From an uncultured Gammaproteobacteria bacterium (GTDB taxonomy: Bacteria; Patescibacteriota; Patescibacteriia; UBA2591; UBA6264): DNA of 64,000 nucleotides. The position numbers and the translations under genes were made by a program. This document shows, one piece after another, positions 52,358-60,767 of the stretch; position 1 is the first letter of the stretch; every line of letters starts with the position of its first letter. The notes beneath the pieces were generated by a model. That model was not told the DNA's origin and did not search any database. It was given only the letters and a program-made list of their open reading frames with translations. The DNA lies in NCBI GenBank assembly GCA_964596735.1, contig CAZQVF010000005.1, positions 13,328-77,327 of the forward strand. Direction: 5' to 3'.

Positions 52358-52807
52358 TTATTCTTTTAACTGTTTAATTGTTGCAATTATTTGAGAGTCT
52401 TGGGCTAATTTCTGAACATATACGACATGTTGGCGGCTAATTTGCATTTCATTTTCTGGAGCATGAAGATCTGTCTCAACGCTTACCACCGTAATTTGAG
52501 GCTGAGGAGGCTCAACTCCCTCTTCAGTCGGCGGTAGTTGTTGAACTTGTAAATAATAAACATCTTGTAAAACAATTGTTTGCGAATTTTGCTTAACAAT
52601 ATGACCAAAATAAGTACGGCCATTAGTTAAAAAGAATCCATACCAAGCACCTCCCTTAACTGGTGAAACAAAAATTGTCATCACCAAAAAAGCAACAATC
52701 GCAACGAGAACAATAATGCCTACAATTAATAATACTAATCCTTTTTTTCCATTAGCTGCTTTACCTTTTGATACTAATGGTTCGGATTTTTTCATTGCTT
52801 CTGACAT
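52358..52807 (-). CDS. Hypothetical single-pass membrane protein
   Basis: N-terminal TM (LVLLIVGIIVLVAIVAFLVMTIF). No motif recognised. Confidence 0.55.
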   Translation of the reverse strand: MSEAMKKSEPLVSKGKAANGKKGLVLLIVGIIVLVAIVAFLVMTIFVSPVKGGAWYGFFLTNGRTYFGHIVKQNSQTIVLQDVYYLQVQQLPPTEEGVEPPQPQITVVSVETDLHAPENEMQISRQHVVYVQKLAQDSQIIATIKQLKE

Positions 52808-52843
52808 TGTAATAAATTATTAACTCGATTAATTAAATATACC

Positions 52844-54043
52844 TTAACCTTTATTTATCTCCCTATAAACACTGAGGGTTTTTCTAGCACATTTCTCCCA
52901 AGTAAAATTTTTAACTCGGGTGTGGCCCTTAGTAATTAATTTCTTTTGTAAATTTTTATCCTCTAACAAAGTATACATTACTTGGGCTATTTGAGCAACA
53001 TTATAAGGATCAACCAAAATCGCTGCGCTTTTGACTACCTCAGGAATAGAAGAAATATTACTACTAAGTATAGGGACTCCCTTGGCCATAGCTTCAAGAA
53101 TTGGCAAACCAAAACCTTCATAGAGCGATGGAAAGACAAATAAACTGGCTCCACTGAAAAGTGCCCCCAAATCATCGGCTTGAACATAACCTGGCAAGAT
53201 AATGTCATTTTTATACTCTGAATCAGCTATCTTCTTTTTGATTTTTTTAAAGTCATATCCTTTAGCCCCAGCTAAAACAAGTTGGTATTTAGAAAAAATC
53301 CTTTGACTAATTTTTCTTTTACTCCTCGTATTAGACAATGGCTGGATTAACCGACCCCTAAAACGTTCATAAGCCTCAATAATCCGCATAATATTCTTTC
53401 TTGATTCAAGGGTTCCTAAAAAGAACAAATAATCTTTTTGAATATTATACTTCTTTTTCACTTTTCTAATTTCTGATAAAGTTCTTTTTTTAAAAAACCG
53501 TTGATCAATACCATGATATATGATTTCTGTCTTTTCCGCGTCTAAATTAAAAATTTCCTGTAAATCCTTAGCAGTTGATTTAGAAACAGCGATTATCTTT
53601 CTGGCTTCTTTAAGAACATTCGGAACAGTGGTTTTCAATAAGTGAAATTTTTCTGGAAAGGTTAATTCAGGAAATTTATAAAAAGCTAAATCATGGACAG
53701 TGATTATGCTGGGCCCTTGATAAGAACGAGGAAGGGACAAATTTGGTGAATGAAAAATATCTAATTTTTCCCTGTCTAATGTCGCATTGGCTAAAAGATG
53801 AGAAAGGCCGTCGGGCATTAATTTTTTATACTGAAGAAAGGGGAAAAATCTAATTAAAACATTTCTTTGTTTAAACTTATCTAATCTTCTCTTTTGAACT
53901 GAACGGTCAAAAAATAAAAAATAGGTGTTTTTTTTATCAATTTTTAATAAATGCCTGACTAATTGATATGTATAATGGCCCAGGCCAGCTCCTTCGCCTT
54001 TTTCTGGATGTAAAATTGTTCGACAATCAATCCCAATACGCAT
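52844..54043 (-). CDS. Glycosyltransferase family 4 (GT-B)
   Basis: PSLYEGFGLPILEAMAKGVPIL signature. Confidence 0.88.
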   Translation of the reverse strand: MRIGIDCRTILHPEKGEGAGLGHYTYQLVRHLLKIDKKNTYFLFFDRSVQKRRLDKFKQRNVLIRFFPFLQYKKLMPDGLSHLLANATLDREKLDIFHSPNLSLPRSYQGPSIITVHDLAFYKFPELTFPEKFHLLKTTVPNVLKEARKIIAVSKSTAKDLQEIFNLDAEKTEIIYHGIDQRFFKKRTLSEIRKVKKKYNIQKDYLFFLGTLESRKNIMRIIEAYERFRGRLIQPLSNTRSKRKISQRIFSKYQLVLAGAKGYDFKKIKKKIADSEYKNDIILPGYVQADDLGALFSGASLFVFPSLYEGFGLPILEAMAKGVPILSSNISSIPEVVKSAAILVDPYNVAQIAQVMYTLLEDKNLQKKLITKGHTRVKNFTWEKCARKTLSVYREINKG

Positions 54044-54100
54044 AATATTATAATATTATACCTTTTTGCTTTATTCGTAAAGTGCTATAATGGGGATATT

Positions 54101-54556
54101 ATGAGTTCAATTACTGCTAATAAAAAAGCCTATCACGACTATGAAATTCTGCAATCTCTTGAAGCAGGGATTGTCCTTTCTGGACCTGAGGTTAAATCTA
54201 TTAAAGGGGGGCGGATTAACCTTTCTGGCGGTTATGTTAACATTGATTCAAAGGGAGCTGTTTGGTTAATAAATGTTCACGTTGACCCTTATGCCCCTGC
54301 CGCTCAAGTACAAAAAGACTATAACCCAACCCAAAGCAGAAAATTACTTTTAAATAAAAAAGAAATTGCCTCTTTAATGGGCAAAATCAAAACCAAGGGG
54401 TTAACGATCATTCCTCTTAAAGTTTATACTAAACACCGTATTATTAAAATTGAAATCGGCTTAGTTAGAGGGAAGAAGAAATGGGACAAAAGAGAAGATA
54501 TTAAAAAACGAGAAACAAAAAGAAAAATAGAACAAAGCCTCAAAAATTATTCTTAA
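54101..54556 (+). CDS. smpB: SsrA-binding protein
   Basis: NKKAYHDYEILQSLEAGIVLSGPEVKSIK and RKLLLNKKEI. Confidence 0.95.
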   Translation: MSSITANKKAYHDYEILQSLEAGIVLSGPEVKSIKGGRINLSGGYVNIDSKGAVWLINVHVDPYAPAAQVQKDYNPTQSRKLLLNKKEIASLMGKIKTKGLTIIPLKVYTKHRIIKIEIGLVRGKKKWDKREDIKKRETKRKIEQSLKNYS

Positions 54557-55064
54557 CTTTCTTTAAACTACTTAAAAATATATAAGCAATAACACCTCCG
54601 GCTAAGGCGGTCGCTAGTTGTGGCCAACTCATTATGCTCACTACTTTAGTGGCGATTTCTTTTTTTAAAAGCAAATTAATAACAACCGAGCTAGTAGTAA
54701 AAAGAAAAATAAATTTTAAGACACTAGCCACAATTATTCCTAGCCAATAATTTTTATTTCTTAGATGGGCAAAAGTAATAATTAAAATAGCATTGGATAA
54801 CATAATAAAAGGTATCATTGGGGCTAAAATGGCGGGCAATAAGCCAGTTGATAGGGCAATTACGCTAGGAATTAAGCCAATTAAAAGGGCGTATTCTATT
54901 CCTAATAAACAAACAGCAATGAAAAGGATTGCATTAACAATTGGTCCTGTAACGGGCTGAAAATGAAACAAAGGAGCAATGGTTACTACACTAGTCAAAA
55001 AAAGAAATGCTGTTAAATTAATAACCACTTTTTTATTTAAAATCAAGGTTTTAATTTTTTCCAT
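54540..55064 (-). CDS. Hypothetical polytopic membrane protein
   Basis: 174 aa with about 5 hydrophobic helices. Function not recognisable. Confidence 0.55.
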   Translation of the reverse strand: MEKIKTLILNKKVVINLTAFLFLTSVVTIAPLFHFQPVTGPIVNAILFIAVCLLGIEYALLIGLIPSVIALSTGLLPAILAPMIPFIMLSNAILIITFAHLRNKNYWLGIIVASVLKFIFLFTTSSVVINLLLKKEIATKVVSIMSWPQLATALAGGVIAYIFLSSLKKVKNNF

Positions 55065-55083
55065 AAATATAATTTTAAATTAA

Positions 55084-56823
55084 TTAATGTTGTCCAGGGG
55101 GTAAAATTTTAACCCCCTGCTTTTTATTTTGTGAATATTTAGTGTGGCAAACTAAATGAATCTTTTCCTTTTCGTTTAAAAATTCTTTATAAACTTTTTG
55201 AACAACCGGATTTTGGTGTGCTGATCTAATATTTTTTCTTTGATCAACCTTGTACAAACCCTTAGCCCGACTCGCTCTGATTTCTGAATCAACCGGGACC
55301 GGCTGACCTCCTCCACCAACACAGCCTCCAGGACAGGCCATTACCTCAATATAATCATAAGCAGGAGAATCACTTTTTAGCTCTTTTAAAATCCTTTTGG
55401 CTTGACCAATACCATTAATTACAGCTATTTTAAGGATATGATTCTTAATCTTAATCTTGGCTCTTTTAACTCCATCCATTCCTCGAACCTGTTCAAATTC
55501 TAATCTTTTTAAAGGCTTATTTGTTATTTTTTCTACTACTGTTCTCAGGGCAGATTCCATTACCCCACCTGTTGCCCCGTAGATAACACCAGCTCCTGAA
55601 GGAAAGCCCAAGGGTGTATCCAGCTTTTGAGGAACAAGTTTTTTTAAATCAATCTTTCTCTTTTTTAAGAGACTGGCTAATTCCCTGGTTGTTAAAACAT
55701 AATCTACCGGCAACAAACCATTAATTTTCAGCTCTTTTCTAGCAATTTCGTGTTTTTTGGCTACACAAGGCATAATAGAGACAACAATAATTTTCTTTGG
55801 GTCGATGCCTTGTTTTTTAGCCCAAAAAGTTTTTATTAAACCTCCCAAAATTATATGTGGCGAGCGAACAGTGGTCAGATTTGGAATAAATTCAGGGAAA
55901 TAAAATTCAACAAATTTTACCCAAGCAGGGCAACAAGATGTAAACATGGGCAACCTTCCTTTTCCTTTTAACCTTTTAGTAAATTCCTCTGCTTCTTCGA
56001 CTGTAGTAAAATCCGCTCCTACGCTTACATCAAAAACTTTTTCTACACCAAGTTTTTTTATCCCAGCCGCCAACTTTTCAGTAATAAGCGTGCCTAAAGA
56101 AATATCAAACTCCTCGCCAATACTTGTTCTAATTGAAGGAGCAAATTGAACAACAACTAATTTATCTTTTTGTTGAAAAGGTTTTTCAATTTCTTCAAAT
56201 TCTCCAACCCCTTCAAAAGCTCCAGCCGGACAATGAACAATACACTGTCCACAATAAATACAATCCTTATTTTTATCTTTAGTAGGTAATATTTTTGTAT
56301 GTACTCCCCTGTTTTTCATTTCTAAAAAACCGACTCCTTGTTTTTCACACATTTCAACACAATTATAACAATCGATGCACTTGGAAGAATCAAAAATAAG
56401 AGAATTCCCAAATCGATAAACTAGAAAATCTTTTTTCCTGTCAATAAATCGATTAGTCTTGAGTCGCTGTTTCTTTGCTAGTTTTAAAAGCTGACAACGG
56501 GCCTCCCAAACACAGTCATTACATTCTTCAAAATGTTGAGCAAAAATTAATTCTAAATTGATTCTTCTTGCTCTCCTAATTCTTGGTGTGTCAGTCATAA
56601 TTTCCATGCCTGGCTTAACTTTAGTGGAACAAGATGTTTGTAAGTCTTTAATGCCTTTTATTTTAACAATACAAATACAACAATTAGACTTTATCTCTAA
56701 ATCTGAATGATAACAAAATGCTGGAATTTCAATCCCATGTTTTTTAGCCACTTGAAAAACTGTCTGCCCCTCAAAAGCCTGGACTTTCTTTCCGTTAATG
56801 GTTATTTGAAATCTTTTATTCAT
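55084..56823 (-). CDS. hydA: [FeFe]-hydrogenase catalytic subunit (HydA-like)
   Basis: N-terminal 2Fe-2S ferredoxin fold and 4Fe-4S CxxCxxC clusters. H-cluster motifs are TSCCPAWV, MPCVAKKHE and EVMACPGGCVGGGGQP. Confidence 0.9.
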   Translation of the reverse strand: MNKRFQITINGKKVQAFEGQTVFQVAKKHGIEIPAFCYHSDLEIKSNCCICIVKIKGIKDLQTSCSTKVKPGMEIMTDTPRIRRARRINLELIFAQHFEECNDCVWEARCQLLKLAKKQRLKTNRFIDRKKDFLVYRFGNSLIFDSSKCIDCYNCVEMCEKQGVGFLEMKNRGVHTKILPTKDKNKDCIYCGQCIVHCPAGAFEGVGEFEEIEKPFQQKDKLVVVQFAPSIRTSIGEEFDISLGTLITEKLAAGIKKLGVEKVFDVSVGADFTTVEEAEEFTKRLKGKGRLPMFTSCCPAWVKFVEFYFPEFIPNLTTVRSPHIILGGLIKTFWAKKQGIDPKKIIVVSIMPCVAKKHEIARKELKINGLLPVDYVLTTRELASLLKKRKIDLKKLVPQKLDTPLGFPSGAGVIYGATGGVMESALRTVVEKITNKPLKRLEFEQVRGMDGVKRAKIKIKNHILKIAVINGIGQAKRILKELKSDSPAYDYIEVMACPGGCVGGGGQPVPVDSEIRASRAKGLYKVDQRKNIRSAHQNPVVQKVYKEFLNEKEKIHLVCHTKYSQNKKQGVKILPPGQH

Positions 56824-57809
56824 TTAGGTTGAATAACCTTTTTAATTAAAGTTGTAAAGGGCAAAGCCACATTTTTCCCAAAAGGACAAAAGCTGGTTTG
56901 ATCTAAGACAAATAATAAATCCCTAAGTGTTCTCTTGTCAATTTGTCTTTGATTTAAAATTTGCCTAACACGGTAAACCCCTTCTCTGCAAGGAACACAT
57001 TTTCCACAATTCTCTTTAAAAAAGAAATCAATCCATTTTTTCATTAAAAAATTTGGATTAGTTTTTCTAAGATTATAAACAAAAATTGTCCCGACTCCGC
57101 CTACTTTTTGGTTTAACTCCTTTAAGAGTAAAATGCGACCACTAGCTCCTCCTCCTGCCTGAACAAAAAAATCAAAGTTAGGCCAATTGTCTGTTTTTTT
57201 TAAAATCTGTTTCACGCTCAATCTTTCTGATAACTCATAAACATCTGGATTCTTTACCTTATTTAAAGAATAAAAGCGCGTTTTCTTGTACTTATTTTGG
57301 ATAATTTGCGCTATATAATAAAAAGTTTCTACATTGTTGACTAAAGTAGGATAACCCCAAAGTCCTTTTTCAGGCGGATATGGCGGGCGAGCCTGAGGGA
57401 TAGGATCTTTTCCTTCTAATGTTTGAATTAAAGTAGTTTCTTCTCCGCAAAGATACCCGGCTTGTTTTTTAAAAATCTTTATGGATAAATTATTAACTTT
57501 AATAATTTTTTCTAATGATGCTTTAAATTTTTGATAATAATCTTTACGAAGATAAATATAAGCTGAACTATGATCAATGGTTTTTAAAGCAATTTCGATT
57601 CCTTTGATTAATTCCTCTGGATAATTATGAAGAATAAAACCATCTTTAAATGTCCCTGGTTCTCCTTCAGATCCGTTACAAATAATATATTTCTTCTTCG
57701 CTGAAACCCTTTTAACCATTCCCCACTTTAAGCCAGTAGGAAATTCTGCTCCACCTCGTCCGGTTAAGCCAGAATCTTTTATTTTTTCAATTACATTTTG
57801 AGGACTCAT
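56820..57809 (-). CDS. NuoF/HydB-like NAD(P)H-binding flavoprotein subunit (short)
   Basis: GLTGRGGAEFPTGLKW, GEPGTFKD, and a C-terminal cluster CGKCVPCREG. Confidence 0.82.
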   Translation of the reverse strand: MSPQNVIEKIKDSGLTGRGGAEFPTGLKWGMVKRVSAKKKYIICNGSEGEPGTFKDGFILHNYPEELIKGIEIALKTIDHSSAYIYLRKDYYQKFKASLEKIIKVNNLSIKIFKKQAGYLCGEETTLIQTLEGKDPIPQARPPYPPEKGLWGYPTLVNNVETFYYIAQIIQNKYKKTRFYSLNKVKNPDVYELSERLSVKQILKKTDNWPNFDFFVQAGGGASGRILLLKELNQKVGGVGTIFVYNLRKTNPNFLMKKWIDFFFKENCGKCVPCREGVYRVRQILNQRQIDKRTLRDLLFVLDQTSFCPFGKNVALPFTTLIKKVIQPK

Positions 57810-57837
57810 AGATTAGTTGAAAGTTAAGTGGTCGTCA

Positions 57838-57863
57838 TCGGGGTGCCCGGAATCGAACCCGGG
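57838..57863 (-). pseudogene. Orphan tRNA-Pro-type 3' fragment (T-arm plus acceptor 3' strand)
   Basis: Minus-strand reading: cccgggTTCGATTccggg-caccccg-a. It starts immediately after the TGA stop of the endonuclease-like ORF. No 5' half is adjacent. Confidence 0.6.
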
Positions 57864-58727
57864 TCAAATATTTTCGATTTCTAATTCTAAAATTTCTGAA
57901 AGACGATTCACAGGAAATAAATCCTTAGGATATATTTCTATTAATTTAAGATTGCATTTTTTACAAATATTTTGTTTTTCCCTAACTAATTCGTCATATC
58001 TTTTTATTGCTCCAATTAGTCCAAAAAATTCTATAATAGTATCTTTAACGACAAAATCGGCTGTTAAAGACTTGTTTTGAGGATAAGGAACATTTCTTTT
58101 GTGCTTAATATTCTTACTAAGAAGCCAATCATCTATTATTTTTTCAGAAAAAGAATCGCATTTATGACCATCTTTGGCAATAAATTTTTTAGCAAACAAA
58201 ACTGGGTTAGGTTCAAACCCAGCGGATTTAACAGCCTTATTCCATGTCCCGAATCTTAGTCTCGCTGCATCATAATGATGATATTCTCTTTTAACAGGAA
58301 TTCTTTTTTCGCGCTTATAAAATGCTTTTATTTCATTGGTAATCTGCTTACTACTTACTACTATTTTAGAATTTATTAAATTGTAACAAGATTTTGAACA
58401 ACATTTTCGTTCACCAAAAAACTCTTTACCACAATTAATACATGTCTTACTTTTTCTCCTTTTTTGATTACTTACAATAGCAGCACAAGATTGGGAACAA
58501 AAAACCATGCCCGTTCTCGATTTTCTAATTTCAGAAGGCGGACGAATTACTATTCTGTTGCATACAGGATTTGCACAAATTCTTCTGACACTCCTGATTC
58601 GATCTTTCTTTAAACACTTTTGAGAGCAATACTGTTTCCAACCAAATTTTTTAGCTTCATTTACTCGCCCCACTGTTCTAAAAAATTTTTGACCACAAAA
58701 GGCACAATTAATTTTAACTAAATTCAT
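57864..58727 (-). CDS. Homing-endonuclease-like protein: three zinc ribbons, HEAR-type repeat, PD-(D/E)xK-like nuclease domain
   Basis: Three CxxC...CSxxC modules. RFGTWNKAVKSAGFEP resembles the homing-endonuclease-associated repeat. The C-terminus is CDSFSEKIIDDWL...ADFVVKDTIIEFFG. Confidence 0.6.
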   Translation of the reverse strand: MNLVKINCAFCGQKFFRTVGRVNEAKKFGWKQYCSQKCLKKDRIRSVRRICANPVCNRIVIRPPSEIRKSRTGMVFCSQSCAAIVSNQKRRKSKTCINCGKEFFGERKCCSKSCYNLINSKIVVSSKQITNEIKAFYKREKRIPVKREYHHYDAARLRFGTWNKAVKSAGFEPNPVLFAKKFIAKDGHKCDSFSEKIIDDWLLSKNIKHKRNVPYPQNKSLTADFVVKDTIIEFFGLIGAIKRYDELVREKQNICKKCNLKLIEIYPKDLFPVNRLSEILELEIENI

Positions 58728-58741
58728 AAAAATATTTAATA

Positions 58742-58815
58742 TCGGGCTGGCCGGCTCCGCCCCGGCGACCTCATCTCCCCCAGAGATGCGCGCTAACTAA
58801 CTGCGCCACAGCCCG
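58742..58815 (-). tRNA. tRNA-Pro (GGG) with non-canonical T-loop
   Basis: Manual cloverleaf, 74 nt: acceptor cgggctg/cagcccg, D stem gcgc/gcgc, anticodon stem catct/agatg with loop ctGGGgg, T stem gccgg/ccggc. The T-loop ggcggag lacks the TTC/A58 pattern. Confidence 0.65.
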
Positions 58816-58826
58816 ACATTCAAAAT

Positions 58827-59006
58827 CTAAACTCCAAAATTCTTTTTCAAAGATTTTAAACACTTGGTACAAATCTTTATCCTCTTGCCAGATATCTTTT
58901 TTGTCTGTAAATTTAAATATTGTCGCCTTTTTGTGGCGATATTTGAATGGGACCTGGTAAAGCTTGTTTGTGGACCACGTCCACAAATTGAACAACGTCT
59001 TGCCAT
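58827..59006 (-). CDS. rpmB: 50S ribosomal protein L28
   Basis: MARRCSICGRGPQTSFTRSHSNIATKRRQYLNLQ. Start moved to ATG 59006. Confidence 0.9.
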   Translation of the reverse strand: MARRCSICGRGPQTSFTRSHSNIATKRRQYLNLQTKKISGKRIKICTKCLKSLKKNFGV

Positions 59007-59040
59007 AATCGTATCTTTTAAATATTTTAATTTAGTATAT

Positions 59041-59118
59041 AAGAACCTGCTCACTTCGTTCGCAGAACCTTGAAATTAAATATTTATTGTATAAAATATT
59101 AATGTACTTCAATTATAA
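59041..59118 (+). promoter_or_regulatory. Dispersed promoter-proximal repeat, copy 6 (upstream of the M50 protease gene)
   Basis: AAGAACCtgctcacttcgttcgCAGAACCTTGAAATTAAAtatttattgTATAAAatattaatgtacttcAATTATAA. Confidence 0.6.
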
Positions 59119-59149
59119 TATATTAACATTTTAAACTTATTTAGCAAGT

Positions 59150-59758
59150 ATGACTAAACTTTTTATTTATATCATCATTATTCTCTCTGCTGTTTTTCAT
59201 GAATATGCTCATGGTTGGGCAGCTTATCAGCTGGGGGATTCAACGGCCAAAGATGAAGGCCGTTTAACTTTAAATCCTCTTGTCCATTTAGACCCTATTG
59301 GAACAGTAATCCTTCCTCTTTTTTTATTATTTACCTCTGGAATGTTTCTTGGTTGGGCCAAGCCTGTTCCTTATAATCCTTATAATCTTCGAGACCTAAA
59401 ATACGGAACACTAAAGGTGGCGGCGGCTGGGCCAGGGGCTAATCTTTTAATTGCCTTAGTTGTTGGCCTTATATTAAGGCTCTTTCTGCCCGTCATCTCC
59501 AGCTATAGCATGTTTCTTCCGTTTTACCTTGGTTTTATTGTTTATGTTAATATATTTTTAGCTTTGTTTAATTTATTGCCCTTCCCTCCCCTTGATGGTT
59601 CAAAAATATTCGCTGACCTCTTCCCTGATCAATGGAAATATTTTATGCAATTAGGAATGATGGGGATTTTTATTGCTCTCTTTGTGGCCTTTTTTATACT
59701 TTCTCCTATTGCTAATTTTATTTTTAAAATAATTGTTGGGCAAGGATTTATATTTTAG
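59150..59758 (+). CDS. Site-2 protease family (M50) membrane metalloprotease
   Basis: HEYAHGWAAYQLGD (HExxH), NLLPFPPLDGSK, and a polytopic topology. Confidence 0.85.
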   Translation: MTKLFIYIIIILSAVFHEYAHGWAAYQLGDSTAKDEGRLTLNPLVHLDPIGTVILPLFLLFTSGMFLGWAKPVPYNPYNLRDLKYGTLKVAAAGPGANLLIALVVGLILRLFLPVISSYSMFLPFYLGFIVYVNIFLALFNLLPFPPLDGSKIFADLFPDQWKYFMQLGMMGIFIALFVAFFILSPIANFIFKIIVGQGFIF

Positions 59759-59820
59759 GCCTTGACTTTTAGAATAATTACTTTAAAATATTATTTACAA
59801 AGATTAAACTCTATTAATTT

Positions 59821-60282
59821 ATGCCAACGGTTAATCAATTAGTCCGTAAAGGAAGAAAAAAATCTAAGAAAAAATCAAAAACACCTGCTCTGCAGACTAC
59901 TTTTAACATTTTAAAGAGGAGAAGAAATGAAATAGCAAAGGGTCAACCATTTTTGCGTGGTGTTTGTTTAAAAGTTACTACACAAACTCCTAAAAAACCC
60001 AATTCTGCTTTACGGAAAATTGCCCGAGTAAGACTTTCTAATGGAATGGAGGTAACCGCCTATATTCCTGGAATTGGCCATAATTTACAAGAACATTCTG
60101 TGGTTTTACTTCGTGGCGGTCGAGTAAAAGATCTTCCCGGTGTCCGCTATCATGTCGTCCGTGGAGTTTATGATTCCGGGGGTGTTGAGAATAGAAAACA
60201 AAGTCGTAGCCTTTATGGAACAAAAAGGGATAAAGGAAAACAAAAAACAGAGAAAGAACAAGAAGAAAAAACTGAAACCTAA
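59821..60282 (+). CDS. rpsL: 30S ribosomal protein S12 (with N-proximal insertion and acidic/basic C-terminal tail)
   Basis: [22 protein letters not shown] and [16 protein letters not shown]. Confidence 0.95.
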   Translation: MPTVNQLVRKGRKKSKKKSKTPALQTTFNILKRRRNEIAKGQPFLRGVCLKVTTQTPKKPNSALRKIARVRLSNGMEVTAYIPGIGHNLQEHSVVLLRGGRVKDLPGVRYHVVRGVYDSGGVENRKQSRSLYGTKRDKGKQKTEKEQEEKTET

Positions 60283-60291
60283 TTTTATATT

Positions 60292-60762
60292 ATGCGTGGA
60301 AAACAGGCTCCAAAAAGAAAAATCAAATCCGACCCTAAATATCAGCTCCCTCAATTAGCTAAATTTATTAATTATATCATGAAAGGCGGTAAAAAAAATA
60401 CTGCAACAAAAATAGTTTATCAAGCATTAGACATTATTAAAGAAAAAAGTAAAGGAGACCCTTTAGAAATTTTCAAAAGAGCTATTGAAAACATTTCTCC
60501 TGTGGTAGAAGTGCGGTCGCGTCGAATTGGTGGAGCTAATTACCAAATTCCATATCCAACAAATGAATCTCGTCAATTTGTTTTAGCTTCACGATGGATT
60601 ATTGCCGCTGCTAAAGCCAAAAAGGGTAAAACCATGGCTGAAAAATTAGCAGAAGAACTTTTAGACGCGGCTGAAAAGCAAGGCTCTGCTATTAAGAAAA
60701 AAGAGGACGTTCATCGCATGGCTGAAGCCAACAAGGCCTTTGCTCACTTTGCAAGATACTAG
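60292..60762 (+). CDS. rpsG: 30S ribosomal protein S7
   Basis: [18 protein letters not shown] and AHFARY at the C-terminus. Confidence 0.95.
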   Translation: MRGKQAPKRKIKSDPKYQLPQLAKFINYIMKGGKKNTATKIVYQALDIIKEKSKGDPLEIFKRAIENISPVVEVRSRRIGGANYQIPYPTNESRQFVLASRWIIAAAKAKKGKTMAEKLAEELLDAAEKQGSAIKKKEDVHRMAEANKAFAHFARY

Positions 60763-60767
60763 TAGTT

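Noticed and set aside
57817-58080. 87-aa plus-strand ORF starting at a TTG (57817)
   Set aside because: It runs across the orphan tRNA fragment and antisense to the endonuclease-like gene.
57838-58815. tRNA-Pro interrupted by an ORF-containing intron (group I or archaeal BHB type)
   Set aside because: The upstream tRNA closes its own perfect acceptor stem. Joining its 5' part to the downstream fragment would create a C:C mismatch at 5:68. There is essentially no non-coding sequence around the ORF for a ribozyme core (14 nt before it, 0 nt after it).
58771-59073. ORFs 58771-58995 (-) and 58864-59073 (+)
   Set aside because: They overlap rpmB (L28) in other frames or on the other strand, and one also overlaps tRNA-Pro.
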